64,000 nt of DNA from a virus. A program made the translations under genes and the position numbers. The stretch is from positions 2,452 through 66,451 of the IMG/VR virus record IMGVR_UViG_3300015189_000002; one strand, 5' to 3'. The notes below the pieces were generated by a model that was not told the origin of the DNA, did not search any database, and was given only the letters and a program-made list of their open reading frames with translations. The stretch's first letter is position 1. Every line of letters begins with the position of its first letter. Positions 19,686 to 29,445 of the stretch are shown here, piece after piece.

Positions 19686-19952
19686 CTATGCTTCTAACGT
19701 CAACGGAAGTGGGGACTCGTCTTCTTTCAATGTGGCTTTTCCCGGTGATCTAATGATAACCGTATGCCAGCGCAGACATTCTCTACAATGCAGTTGCACG
19801 GTGCCATCCGTTACGAGCACCTCACCATATATTCTGCGCTGCTTAAAGATGCGTACATGGACATACAGTTTTCCATCAGTAATACCGTAGATCGCAAGAA
19901 GTGGACCTCGACTACAGAAGCATCGAAGCTCATTCTTAGTCATTGGCGACAA
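19686..19952 (-). CDS. Small zinc-binding hypothetical protein
   Basis: CxC and CxxC motifs (ELRCFCS, HCRECLRWH); between the portal and protease genes. Confidence 0.6.
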   Translation of the reverse strand: MSPMTKNELRCFCSRGPLLAIYGITDGKLYVHVRIFKQRRIYGEVLVTDGTVQLHCRECLRWHTVIIRSPGKATLKEDESPLPLTLEA

Positions 19953-19956
19953 GGAC

Positions 19957-21732
19957 TTAAACTTTTACTTCGAGATCAGAAACCTCATTATCAAGAACTC
20001 GCTCAAAAAGTCCCATGAATGAATCAACTGAACTGAACTCAGTTCTACCGAGCGCAACAACATCTTGCACCCAGTTGTCCATGCGCTCGTAGATCATGGT
20101 GGACACGTCAATAGGAGAATCGACTCCTTCTGCCGCTAAAGCTCTCTCGAACTTACGCTTGTAGCCCATATTCACCTTCAGATCACCGTCGAAACGGTTA
20201 TCTCTGAACGCAGCCTCTATCTGGCCACGCACCCGGCTAGCGATTTCTTCAACCGTGGCATTGACCGTGGACATAGAGGCACGAGCGTTCCCCTTACCGG
20301 GCGACGCTGGGGCCTTGCCGGGGTCGGTTTTGGGCTTGCCCGGCGCTTTCTTCGCAGGGGCAGGAGCTGGCGCGTTCGGGTCTGCCGGAGGCGCGTTCGG
20401 GTCAGCCGGAGCCGCTGGCGGTGCCAGCGTCTGCTTGACTTCAGTCAGTGTCATTCCAACCATCTGACCAAGTTCGGTTGTGTCAACCTTGACCGTACCC
20501 TTATTGACCATCGCTGTCAGCATCGAGGAAAGCATCTCACCCGAGGTGTTCCCCATCTTGCGGAAGACAATTTTCGCACGAGGCGCGTTTGGTCCGAAGT
20601 TATAGTCAACCATCTTGGACAATACATACTTGTCAAGATATGTCTTGCGGTCATCGTTCATTGCGTTCAGCATCCACAGGTACATCTGCATGTGACCCTG
20701 GCCGAGGCTATATGAACCAACATCGGCAGTACGCAACAGAAGGATCGGCGTGAACAGACCAATCGAGATCTCTTCATCCAGCCGCGTCATGTACCTCTCG
20801 AAGTCAGCACCACGCATCTGAGACTCAAGATACTCGATACTGTAGTCGAAGCTCGGCTTGCCCGATCCATCGGACTGCTGACGATCGTTCGGCAGAACTA
20901 CTGCTGACCTCGACCGCAACTGCTGAAGGAGATTGAGCATGAAGGTTGATCCGTTGACTTGCTTGCCGTTGACTGCAACCTCTTCGTCGTAAGGAGCACG
21001 CCCAATAGGAGTGGGCTCACCGAAACGCTCGTAATACCTGTTTGCGAACAGGTGAAGAAGAATGGAAAAGAACCAGCTCTGGAAAGCGGGACGAAGGAGC
21101 TTTCGTCCATAATGGTCTCCATTCTCCATAAGCATTGGATACCACAAGCTATTCTCTGGAGGTATCGGCCATCCGGCAAACCACTGCTTGATGCCGTCAT
21201 ATACCTTGAACTTGGGAGGCGTGCGACCTGGAGGTGCCCAGCCCGGAACTTCTTTCCAATGGACTCGGCAATCCTCGGGAATTAGATCTTTGACCTTGCC
21301 AAGGATGATCTTCTGGTCGTGAATGTCATTGTCCCACTCAAGCGCACTTGGCGAGTACCCAGCCCAGTTTGCCGTACTCAAGGCACGATTGAGTCCAGTC
21401 CAGTTATTTTTGATCTGCTCTCCACAAAAATCTGCGATGGACTTGTTATCGCACTCGATGTGAAAATCAGACTGGTGTTGCATGAAGCTCAGCACAGCCA
21501 ATGATGCGTTCACCTGATAGTGGTCACGCATTCCACGAAAGTCAGCAAGGGTCAACTTACTGAGGTCAAACTGAACTACTCCCCCACCGGGTAGTGTTGC
21601 ATACTGAATATCAGGTCCAGACCACTGACCGAACGACTCACCCAGCTTTGGAGGAGAAGCCTTCTTGTTGAAGTAAAAGTCTTGAATCGGCTGACCATCC
21701 GGTCCCAAAAGTCCACCTGCAAGAGCGCTCAC
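19957..21732 (-). CDS. Portal protein (DUF935 / Mu gp29-like)
   Basis: 591 aa after terminase. Motifs YGRKLLRPAF, YYERFGEPTPIGR and GSYSLGQGH; Pro/Ala-rich linker near the C-terminus. Confidence 0.85.
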   Translation of the reverse strand: MSALAGGLLGPDGQPIQDFYFNKKASPPKLGESFGQWSGPDIQYATLPGGGVVQFDLSKLTLADFRGMRDHYQVNASLAVLSFMQHQSDFHIECDNKSIADFCGEQIKNNWTGLNRALSTANWAGYSPSALEWDNDIHDQKIILGKVKDLIPEDCRVHWKEVPGWAPPGRTPPKFKVYDGIKQWFAGWPIPPENSLWYPMLMENGDHYGRKLLRPAFQSWFFSILLHLFANRYYERFGEPTPIGRAPYDEEVAVNGKQVNGSTFMLNLLQQLRSRSAVVLPNDRQQSDGSGKPSFDYSIEYLESQMRGADFERYMTRLDEEISIGLFTPILLLRTADVGSYSLGQGHMQMYLWMLNAMNDDRKTYLDKYVLSKMVDYNFGPNAPRAKIVFRKMGNTSGEMLSSMLTAMVNKGTVKVDTTELGQMVGMTLTEVKQTLAPPAAPADPNAPPADPNAPAPAPAKKAPGKPKTDPGKAPASPGKGNARASMSTVNATVEEIASRVRGQIEAAFRDNRFDGDLKVNMGYKRKFERALAAEGVDSPIDVSTMIYERMDNWVQDVVALGRTEFSSVDSFMGLFERVLDNEVSDLEVKV

Positions 21733-21734
21733 TA

Positions 21735-23633
21735 CTACCTCTGTTTCTTCGGTCGGAGGTGATTAGGAATAGCAAGTCCCATACTCCCACCGACGACAGG
21801 TGGCATCGGAGCCTGTAGTCCGAAACCTGTGCCAGGGAAAGGAATTACTGTGCCTTCTGTTCCGGTCGATTGAAATGACTCGCTGATATCAAAGTCTTCA
21901 CTGACTGACGTTGCTCTGATAGATGTTACACCTCTGCGGTATGTCCTGTCACCCATGAGGGTCGAGCACACTCCGGCCATAGCGTCCGCTAAGTCTTTCG
22001 AGCCGCCTACTGGGTGGTCAATCTTCTTGCCGGTGTCAGTCAACTCCATGAGCTCTTGAACGGCAACCTCAACTAGTTTGTCGTCACCCGACTTAATGTA
22101 CGTCTTGTATGGAGGAAAATCTATCCGACGCTCATAGATCGCTTCGCGGAGGTCTTCGTAGGGAAGAGTACTCTTATCAACAGATAGATAGTCAACGCGA
22201 TACTTTTTCTTACGAAGTTGCTGCATAGTATCTGTAGACTGAAATCCGTCCATCGTAACCGAGTAGATTCTAAAACCACGATCTTCTTTGAGCTCATAGA
22301 GTATGCGCCGCACATCGGAGAGGAGTATCTCAGTTCCAGGCCGTGCGCGAATTCGGACAAGACAGTCGATGACAATATGAGGCTTCTTCTCGCCATCAAT
22401 CTCAATGACTGCATCAACATACCCCATCGCAAGTCCGAGTGCATCGCCATCCCCAGAAGTCGCTATGTCAATATGACAGTGACGCTTGCGTGGATCGCCA
22501 GTTCCTTGAAACCAAGGTTGAAACTGTACTCGAGTTGGCGATTCCATACATGGTGACTGATCGCCATGTGTTTCTATCCAGCGCTCACGACACTCCTCAA
22601 TGCGATCCACAAGGCTAATGAAAGGATCAGATACAGCAGGAGGAATACCAGCAAGGTCACGCAAAGCCTTTTCAGGAGCGTTCTGAAACTGAAGTTTATA
22701 AGCATTAGGAACCTCGATGAGGTTTTTATTGACCACCATGTCTGCAACCAGTGATGGTATAATCGACTTGCGTTTCGTGTCATACCAGAACGAATCACGA
22801 ACACCTTTTCGAGTATAGCGATGCCAGCCTAAAGACTCCCAAATCGTCATTCGCACAACGTAAGCCTTGGGGTCTTCTAAAAACTCTTTGTACTTGCGAG
22901 CCGCGAACCCGGTTCCCTTCTTCATCTGACCGATGCAGATAATGAGACCCTTATGTCCAGCCTCACTTCCGTCCTCTGCGAAGTCAGTAAATCGAGATGC
23001 GATACGAGAGTTGATCGTGTCGTAGCCGACGTCTGCATAGTCCTTATTATCAGTGACTTGATGCGAGTCCATCTCATCAAGAATGCCGGCGAGGATATTG
23101 TAACCCTCAAAGGTTGTTTCAGAACTGTCGCCAGGAAGAATCCAAATGTCCTTGTTGAATCTGATCTGCTTTGTGTACTTCGGATCATGAGGGTAGTTAT
23201 TGATGAACCAATCACTGTACTTAATGCGAGCAAAGATGTCACCGAATACAACTTCGGATGCCTGCTTCGCGCTGGTCGACATCTGCATAAAAGCAATACG
23301 AGAGCCAGGAAGCAGATCAAAAAAGTCTTGGGGGTCGCGCAGGCACAATACCCAGTGCGCCATGTACGGCAATGCAATACTGGCAAAGGTGGTCTTGCCG
23401 ATGCCGATACCACCAGTAACTAGCGCTCGCTCATAATTCCCGATGCGAGATCCGTTTACCTCTTTACCGAAGATATCGACAAGCGCCTTTAGTAGACCCG
23501 GTCGTATCTTACTCTCGATGTCGAGATAACCCTCTCCAAGAAACTCTTTGATGGACGCGGGCTTCTCTTCAAAAGCTGGATGTGCAATCAGCCAGACTGC
23601 TTCTTCGGCAACCTTCTTTGCATCAAAACTCAT
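21735..23633 (-). CDS. terL: Terminase large subunit
   Basis: Walker A GGIGIGKT, Walker B GILDE, nuclease motifs HIDIATSGD, VTMDGFQS and SKDLADA. Probable start MSFDAKK at 23633 (ATGA overlap). Confidence 0.92.
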   Translation of the reverse strand: MSFDAKKVAEEAVWLIAHPAFEEKPASIKEFLGEGYLDIESKIRPGLLKALVDIFGKEVNGSRIGNYERALVTGGIGIGKTTFASIALPYMAHWVLCLRDPQDFFDLLPGSRIAFMQMSTSAKQASEVVFGDIFARIKYSDWFINNYPHDPKYTKQIRFNKDIWILPGDSSETTFEGYNILAGILDEMDSHQVTDNKDYADVGYDTINSRIASRFTDFAEDGSEAGHKGLIICIGQMKKGTGFAARKYKEFLEDPKAYVVRMTIWESLGWHRYTRKGVRDSFWYDTKRKSIIPSLVADMVVNKNLIEVPNAYKLQFQNAPEKALRDLAGIPPAVSDPFISLVDRIEECRERWIETHGDQSPCMESPTRVQFQPWFQGTGDPRKRHCHIDIATSGDGDALGLAMGYVDAVIEIDGEKKPHIVIDCLVRIRARPGTEILLSDVRRILYELKEDRGFRIYSVTMDGFQSTDTMQQLRKKKYRVDYLSVDKSTLPYEDLREAIYERRIDFPPYKTYIKSGDDKLVEVAVQELMELTDTGKKIDHPVGGSKDLADAMAGVCSTLMGDRTYRRGVTSIRATSVSEDFDISESFQSTGTEGTVIPFPGTGFGLQAPMPPVVGGSMGLAIPNHLRPKKQR

Positions 23634-23875
23634 GCCGGAATCCACTGACCCTGTCGAATGAATCCATGCGTCTTGCAACTATGACAGAGGATTGAAGGAG
23701 TGACAGTCAGAGGATCTGTCTGAGTAACTGCCCAGCCTATCGACGCATTGATAGGCAGTAACGTCTCAGTTCTATCTGGAATCAGTGCGCCATCTTCGCC
23801 AAGGTAACTGAAGCAGTCATGTATCCACCAGAAGTGAACTCCGTCTTCATCCATACGAAACGTCGGAGCAGTCAT
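23630..23875 (-). CDS. Small Zn-binding protein (DUF6527-like pattern)
   Basis: LTVTPSILCHSCKTHGFIRQGQW; start MTAPTF overlaps the upstream stop. Confidence 0.55.
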   Translation of the reverse strand: MTAPTFRMDEDGVHFWWIHDCFSYLGEDGALIPDRTETLLPINASIGWAVTQTDPLTVTPSILCHSCKTHGFIRQGQWIPA

Positions 23876-24054
23876 TTCTTTTCCTTGATGCGTAGACACC
23901 TGTGAGTTACACCGCCGACACCCACCTGCGCAGTAAGGAATCCCTCACCATTAGCATGAGTGTGAGTAAGTCTCGGAACACAAGTGAACTGAACTGTGTA
24001 GGCCGTTCCGCACAGTGGACACTTAATGTCTATTCGTGCCGGAGGAGCAGTCAT
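23872..24054 (-). CDS. Small CxxC hypothetical protein
   Basis: 60 aa with KCPLCG; coupled by ATGA overlaps on both sides. Confidence 0.55.
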   Translation of the reverse strand: MTAPPARIDIKCPLCGTAYTVQFTCVPRLTHTHANGEGFLTAQVGVGGVTHRCLRIKEKK

Positions 24055-25437
24055 TCGTTCACGACGGAACTTTGCACCGGGGGCTCAAGAGCCTTACGCT
24101 GCATCTCTGGACTGGCCATACCTTCCATGACGCCTTGAATCATCTCCGGTGTGATATTCTCACGCTTGATGCCCTGCATCTCCAGAGCACGAACAGCCTC
24201 CGCGACAAACTGACGCGGATTACCCGCTGAGATCTGTGCCGCACCATTGCCTCCGATCTGTACATTCAACTTCGGACTTGCGAACCGCATGGGGTCAATC
24301 ATCTTTGCGAGCTTTACTGCCTGTTCGAAGACCTGATTCATCATCTTCGTAACCTCAGGATTCAGCTCGTCGAAGGTTTCCTCGTCCGACAATCCCCGCT
24401 CAAGTCGCTTGGTGTTCGCGGCCATGAGGACACCCATACCGTCGATGATCGTATCCGCGTTACGGCTGCGGAAAAACTTAGACAACTCTACTGGCTCGGC
24501 TCCAGGCACAGAACACACCGCCCCGTCTCTGTAGTACTTGCATTGATTGGCGAGAGAACAGGTATTGCAGAGAAACTTGTCGCCCTCTTTTTTACCCTGA
24601 ACTGCCTTAGTAAAAGGTGACACCGTTGTTGACGGTTTGTGATCTGTGTCACTCGAAGTGATGTCAGGCTTACTTCCGTCTGCTCGGGTTCGGAACTTAT
24701 ACAGCTCCATGTAATGCTCGCCAGCCCACACAGCAGACTTGATATTGAACAAGCATCTGTTACGAGGTATCTCAAGTTCGACAGGCTTGAATCCCATCGA
24801 GCTTGCCCACTGAGGATGCTGGGCTACCTTGAGGTAGGTCTCTTCATTTCCAGACGGTAGATGAACTCTGCCACCTTTTGCAGCAGCGCGTGGCTCAACA
24901 TCAGCAGACCTAAACCCCAGGCCGAAAGCAAACTTGTACGAATAGAGCCCGTGTACGTGGATGATGGCATCTGGATAGTCCTCCTGAAGTTCTTTGATCT
25001 TCTTGATGAAAGAACGTCCCGGTCCAGTGTTGCCATTTGGGAGCTCGGTAATGACGACTCGATGTTCTTGTCCAAAGACTGGACGCTCGTCGGTTGGTAC
25101 TCTTTTATCAAGACATGCTTCATGCGACTCCCCCGCAGGATTCTGGAGCATGTCTTCAAGAAGTTCTAAGTCTTCCCCGTACATCCATGTCGGGTAAACC
25201 GCTTTGGGACGGTCAATTCCGTGATCTGCATCAAGCTCTGCCGTGCCTTGATCCCCAACAAGAAGGAGACGCCAAGGATAAGTTCGTCCGAAGTATAGAG
25301 AGGCGTGCTTCTCGGGGTCGATATGCTTCTTAATAAGAAGCCCTCGATCCCAAGCAATTTTGTACTCACCACACTCAACCAGCTCGCGAATGTAATTGTT
25401 TGGATTTCTATAATCGGAACCATGTTTCAGTTGACAT
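24051..25437 (-). CDS. Pre-terminase protein (possible small-terminase fusion); probable true start at 25437 across a 7-nt coding gap
   Basis: The tracked ORF 24051-25184 stays open upstream to the HNH stop (25443), with no ATG/GTG/TTG. ATG TCA ACT GAA ACA TGG TTC CGA at 25437 is one base out of frame. The protein has a Cys4 cluster (CNTCSLANQC...C) and a helical C-terminus. Confidence 0.65.
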
Positions 25438-25442
25438 GGCTC

Positions 25443-26027
25443 CTAGATCACCACCTTGAGTGGAAAGATTGGTGAAACACTAAACGGCCATTTTGCTGCT
25501 TTGCTGCAATTACAGTGAGTACAGGCCGGGCGTAAATTAGACAACATCTCTGGTCCACCCTTTGATATAGGTTTTACGTGATCCACTGCTTCAAAAGGTC
25601 GAACTTTACAGATCCAGCATAATCCACTCCACATGGACATGCGATCAGCAAATTGTTCCGCAGTGTAGAGAACTACCACTACAGCCTTTTCTGCAGCTCT
25701 TCTTTTTCGACGACGCTCGCCTGCTGTGACAGGACTACAAGGATATTCAGATGCAACTACTAAGTATTGAGCGTAATTCCACAGTCGCCATTCCGCACTA
25801 CGAGCTTTTATTTCTTCCTTGTTTCTGATGTAATACTCAGCATCACGTTTCTTCATCGCCGCAGCGTTTTTAAGTTTGTATTCAGCATTGTAAACCTTTA
25901 CACAATGCTTACATTTCGAGCTCAGGTTGTATCTTCTCGAACCATCAAAATAAAAGTCAGAGTAAGGTTTAGACTCTTTACACCTGCTACATTTCTGCAA
26001 CGCAGGAATCAACAGCTCAGTACTCAT
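25443..26027 (-). CDS. HNH endonuclease with N-terminal zinc ribbon
   Basis: CSRC...CKHC, then CWIC...VDHVKPISKGG...NLRPACTHCNCSK. GGAGG Shine-Dalgarno before the ATG at 26027; visibly AT-richer than its neighbours. Confidence 0.9.
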   Translation of the reverse strand: MSTELLIPALQKCSRCKESKPYSDFYFDGSRRYNLSSKCKHCVKVYNAEYKLKNAAAMKKRDAEYYIRNKEEIKARSAEWRLWNYAQYLVVASEYPCSPVTAGERRRKRRAAEKAVVVVLYTAEQFADRMSMWSGLCWICKVRPFEAVDHVKPISKGGPEMLSNLRPACTHCNCSKAAKWPFSVSPIFPLKVVI

Positions 26028-26207
26028 TACACCTCCTCTATGCAAGATACGTTACTAGGGTATGGAACGCAAGCAAGGACCATGTCTTCAAAATGACACA
26101 GGATTCATTCTACTGGTGCTGTCTTCTGCTTTTGCAAACTAGGCTAAAGAACAAATTACCTCACCGCGCCGATAACGTTTTGGGCGCTATCGGCATGGAG
26201 GCCATGC

Positions 26208-26236
26208 TTGACACCCCTACAGGGATGGGATAAAGT
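26208..26236 (+). promoter_or_regulatory. Sigma70/sigA promoter for the primase-helicase operon
   Basis: TTGACA-17 nt-TAAAGT, 64 nt upstream of the TTG start at 26300. Confidence 0.7.
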
Positions 26237-26299
26237 TACCACTAGCGTCTTCAGGCCGCCGACTACGGCCACACACTCCCGAGTACAACTGGAGCCTTC

Positions 26300-27160
26300 T
26301 TGTCCGACAACGCTCTCGCTGATCAAATTGCCAAACGCTATATAGCGCGGCGAGACGTGAAAGCTGTACAACACAAAGACGGATCTTGGAGCCCGCACAC
26401 CAAGTCGGGCAAGCATGATGGGGAACGGATACCCTGGGGAAGAGCTGACCTCAACGCTCACCTTGCTGGATCAAGTACGTTCGGTCATTACCTGCTGGAT
26501 ACAGACTCAACGACCAAACTGTTCGCCTTTGATATCGACCTCGAACAGTGGAAGCCAACTGAACCTGACCGCAAGTTCTACTACCCCGAAGGCTGGGGGA
26601 AAGACCCTCTAGAAGAAAAGGATAGTCCAGACTATCCTTCTTATGCCCCGCTTTTGTTCGATCCAAGATTAGCCTGGCAAGATAGACGCCACCCGAGCCG
26701 CTCATGGCTGAAGTATCAGATGAAGATGATTGCCCATGAGCTTACGGTAGTCATCGAGCGTGACCTTGAGTTGCCCTGTGCGGTCGCATATAGCGGCGGC
26801 AAGGGCGTGCATGTGTATGGCTTTTGCGGCAAGGTCCCAGCTGCCGAAGCAATCGAAGGTGCTCACATTGTCCTCGACACTCTCGGTCACTGGCGAGCAT
26901 CGCGGGGAACAAACTTCTATAAGGACACCAACGAGGACGTTCTGCGTGGTTTCCAAAACTTCTGCATTGAGGTATTCCCGAAGCAAACGACAATGACCGA
27001 TGATTCACTAGGGAACTTGATGCGCTTACCTCTAGGACGCAATATGAAAAGCACCGACCCGACCTTCTTTATCGACATGACCTCGCCGATGGGAGTTATG
27101 GCCCCCGTTGACCCCATGCACGCGCTTGCTGGTAACCCTTGGAAGCGTTACGGAGAATGA
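26300..27160 (+). CDS. Archaeo-eukaryotic primase / primase-polymerase
   Basis: AEP motifs FAFDIDL (DxD), YSGGKGVHVY, IEVFPKQ and GNLMRLPLG. Confidence 0.85.
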   Translation: MSDNALADQIAKRYIARRDVKAVQHKDGSWSPHTKSGKHDGERIPWGRADLNAHLAGSSTFGHYLLDTDSTTKLFAFDIDLEQWKPTEPDRKFYYPEGWGKDPLEEKDSPDYPSYAPLLFDPRLAWQDRRHPSRSWLKYQMKMIAHELTVVIERDLELPCAVAYSGGKGVHVYGFCGKVPAAEAIEGAHIVLDTLGHWRASRGTNFYKDTNEDVLRGFQNFCIEVFPKQTTMTDDSLGNLMRLPLGRNMKSTDPTFFIDMTSPMGVMAPVDPMHALAGNPWKRYGE

Positions 27161-29124
27161 GTGCCGAGGGGGGCACTAATACAACCTTCAAGCGCAAGTT
27201 GGCCGAGCGAAAGGCCGCTGCGCAGGCAGAACTTGCCCGAATACTGAAAGAAAGAGGCGCAGACCCCGCCGTAGTACTCGAAAAGCATGACGACGACCTA
27301 GTCCCTGATGAACCTTTCTCTCTTACGGATACAGACCGTGAGATGGATAGAATTGTCGGGGGCATTGACATTCTCGACGCTTATTCGCGCTGGTGCGGAA
27401 AGATGACACCGAAAGTCAAGAATGGCCAGCGCGAATCCATTATGATCAGTTGCCCCAAGCCCTCGCATCCAGACAAGAAGCCGAGCGCTTGGATCAACCT
27501 TGACGATCAAGTATGGTTCTGTGGAGGCTGCCAGGAAGGCGGCGACGCCCACGACATCGCTGCATACCACTTCGGATTCTCAGCACCGGAGTACAAATCA
27601 GGAGCAAAGTTCCATGAACTCAGACGCGAAATGGCAAAAGACTTTGGATTCACCTTCACAACACTCCCTGGAGGTGTTATCGTTGTTGAGCCTCCTTCAA
27701 CAGAGTCAGAAGAGGAGGGAGAAGAAGATGCGGAGGCAAGTACTGGTGTTTCGACTGCAGGTAGCACTGTTCCTGCTGGTACTGTTTCTACTCCCGAGCC
27801 TGGGACTGATGCTGACGTAATCAAGATGTTCGAGAGTGACATGGATAGCAATATCCTCATTCCAACTCTCGATTGGCAGTCGATCGTCCCAAAGGATACC
27901 TTCCTCGACACCTATATGAGGGTAACTTCACTCGATGATGTCGCAGAAGAGTATCACTTCTTCAATGGACTTCTCGCCTTGGGCTTCGCCCTGGGGCGAG
28001 ATGTTCGTCTTGATGACACTCTTCCGGTCTATGCTAACCTGTTCGTCTGTACATTGGGCCATTCGGGATCAGGTAAGTCAAAAGCGCGTTACCATCTCGA
28101 CTCATTGCTTACCGACGCGCTTCCTCACGTCTGGAGTGACGAGAACAGTAAGGGTGTTCGGAAAATCTCGTCACCCGGCTCAGCAGAAGTACTGATCCAC
28201 AACTTCCAGAAGCCAGTTACTGACCCAGCGAACCCGAAGGTGGTTCTGTACAATGCACCTGTTCGTGGAATCGTTGACTTCAGTGAGCTCAGTGCGCTAA
28301 CTGGTCGATCAGGACGTATTGGAAACGTCATCGTTCCAACCTTAATGCAGTTCTATGACATGGAGAACCTTATCTCCACCAGTTCAATGTCAACCGGCAT
28401 TAAAGAAGCTGCACTGCCGTTTGCCAGCGCACTTACGACGACCCAGCCGCGTGCATTGAAAGATCTACTTAGCAAGTCCGACGTGGCTAACGGCTTCTTG
28501 AACAGATGGATCTTCGTATCTGGAAACGACAAGCGCAAAGTCGCTGTCGGGGCCGCGAGGATCGACATTACACCGGCGATTGCTCCACTTCAGAAAGTCT
28601 TTGCGTGGGCTGGTGCGTTTGGCCCGGACGAGTTTATGACATGGAGCCAAGAAGCAGTAATGCGCTTCACGGAGTTCTTCCATTCAACTATCTGGCCGGC
28701 ACAGCGCGAAGACACAAGCACTGACCTACTGACACGTACCGACCTGCTGATGAAAAAGCTGATCCTACTCTTCACTGCGAACCTCAAACTCAAAGAGGTT
28801 CCAATCGAGTGTGTTGAGCAGGCGATTGCCTGTTGGGATTACATCATCGGCTCGTATGCAATACCTGCTGACGAGATTGGCAACACACTTGGCAGTGAGA
28901 TCAGCGAGGCAGTTATGAACGTTGCCCGCAAGCAGTACAAGCTCAACAAAAAGGGCGTGACACTTAATCAGGTGGCGCGATCTCTGGCGAAGCGAAAGTA
29001 TCCCCACGAGATGCTACTCAAAACCTGCGAAAGTCTTGTTAAACTTGACTACCTTGTGGTTGTCAAGTCGCCAGCTGGCATGAGGGGTCGTCCGACAGTC
29101 CGATACAAGATAGTGGGGGCATGA
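27157..29124 (+). CDS. Zn-finger plus P-loop helicase-like replication protein (DUF3987-like)
   Basis: CPKPSHPDKKPSAWIN...CGGC zinc domain, Walker A GHSGSGKS, GFLNRWIF, C-terminal wHTH-like end (GRPTVRY); ATGA-coupled to the primase. Confidence 0.8.
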   Translation: MSAEGGTNTTFKRKLAERKAAAQAELARILKERGADPAVVLEKHDDDLVPDEPFSLTDTDREMDRIVGGIDILDAYSRWCGKMTPKVKNGQRESIMISCPKPSHPDKKPSAWINLDDQVWFCGGCQEGGDAHDIAAYHFGFSAPEYKSGAKFHELRREMAKDFGFTFTTLPGGVIVVEPPSTESEEEGEEDAEASTGVSTAGSTVPAGTVSTPEPGTDADVIKMFESDMDSNILIPTLDWQSIVPKDTFLDTYMRVTSLDDVAEEYHFFNGLLALGFALGRDVRLDDTLPVYANLFVCTLGHSGSGKSKARYHLDSLLTDALPHVWSDENSKGVRKISSPGSAEVLIHNFQKPVTDPANPKVVLYNAPVRGIVDFSELSALTGRSGRIGNVIVPTLMQFYDMENLISTSSMSTGIKEAALPFASALTTTQPRALKDLLSKSDVANGFLNRWIFVSGNDKRKVAVGAARIDITPAIAPLQKVFAWAGAFGPDEFMTWSQEAVMRFTEFFHSTIWPAQREDTSTDLLTRTDLLMKKLILLFTANLKLKEVPIECVEQAIACWDYIIGSYAIPADEIGNTLGSEISEAVMNVARKQYKLNKKGVTLNQVARSLAKRKYPHEMLLKTCESLVKLDYLVVVKSPAGMRGRPTVRYKIVGA

Positions 29125-29127
29125 CAG

Positions 29128-29445
29128 ATGAAGTTCTCAGACCTACCGAAGGATGTACAGGATGAACTCCTCAGTCCCAAGTACTGGCAAAGAAAACACT
29201 ACTCCCGTGGGACTTACGCATTTGGTTGCCACGGGCCGCTCTGTCGTAAGGCTGAAAGGGACCGTTCTCACGGACGCTACGAAGACAGAGTTCGAGCAAA
29301 TGGCAAAGGATACACAGCCGTCCTCAATGCCCGCATCTCGGCGGAAGAAGAGCAAGCCCTCCAAGAAATCATCGACTGGTACCAAGGAGAGCGAGTAGAT
29401 AGGACAGCCTGGCTGCGAAAACTGATCACAATGGCGGTCACATAA
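29128..29445 (+). CDS. Hypothetical protein
   Basis: 105 aa with YAFGCHGPLCRKAE; follows the helicase. Confidence 0.65.
   Translation: MKFSDLPKDVQDELLSPKYWQRKHYSRGTYAFGCHGPLCRKAERDRSHGRYEDRVRANGKGYTAVLNARISAEEEQALQEIIDWYQGERVDRTAWLRKLITMAVT

Noticed and set aside
25166-25423. ORF MVPIIEIQ... (85 aa) as a real gene
   Set aside because: It is the third frame over the more protein-like NPNNYIRE frame and has no usable Shine-Dalgarno.
25409-25436. TATAAT and TTGACA 16 nt apart on the + strand
   Set aside because: The boxes are in the wrong order (-10 before -35), so this is not a promoter; treated as coincidence.
25166-26160. Group I intron carrying the HNH and splitting the pre-terminase gene
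   Set aside because: The plausible N-terminal peptide (MSTETWFR) lies downstream of the HNH, no upstream exon is evident, and no P/Q/R/S core is recognisable.
26156-26461. Minus-strand 101-aa ORF
   Set aside because: It overlaps the primase start and its promoter; antisense shadow.
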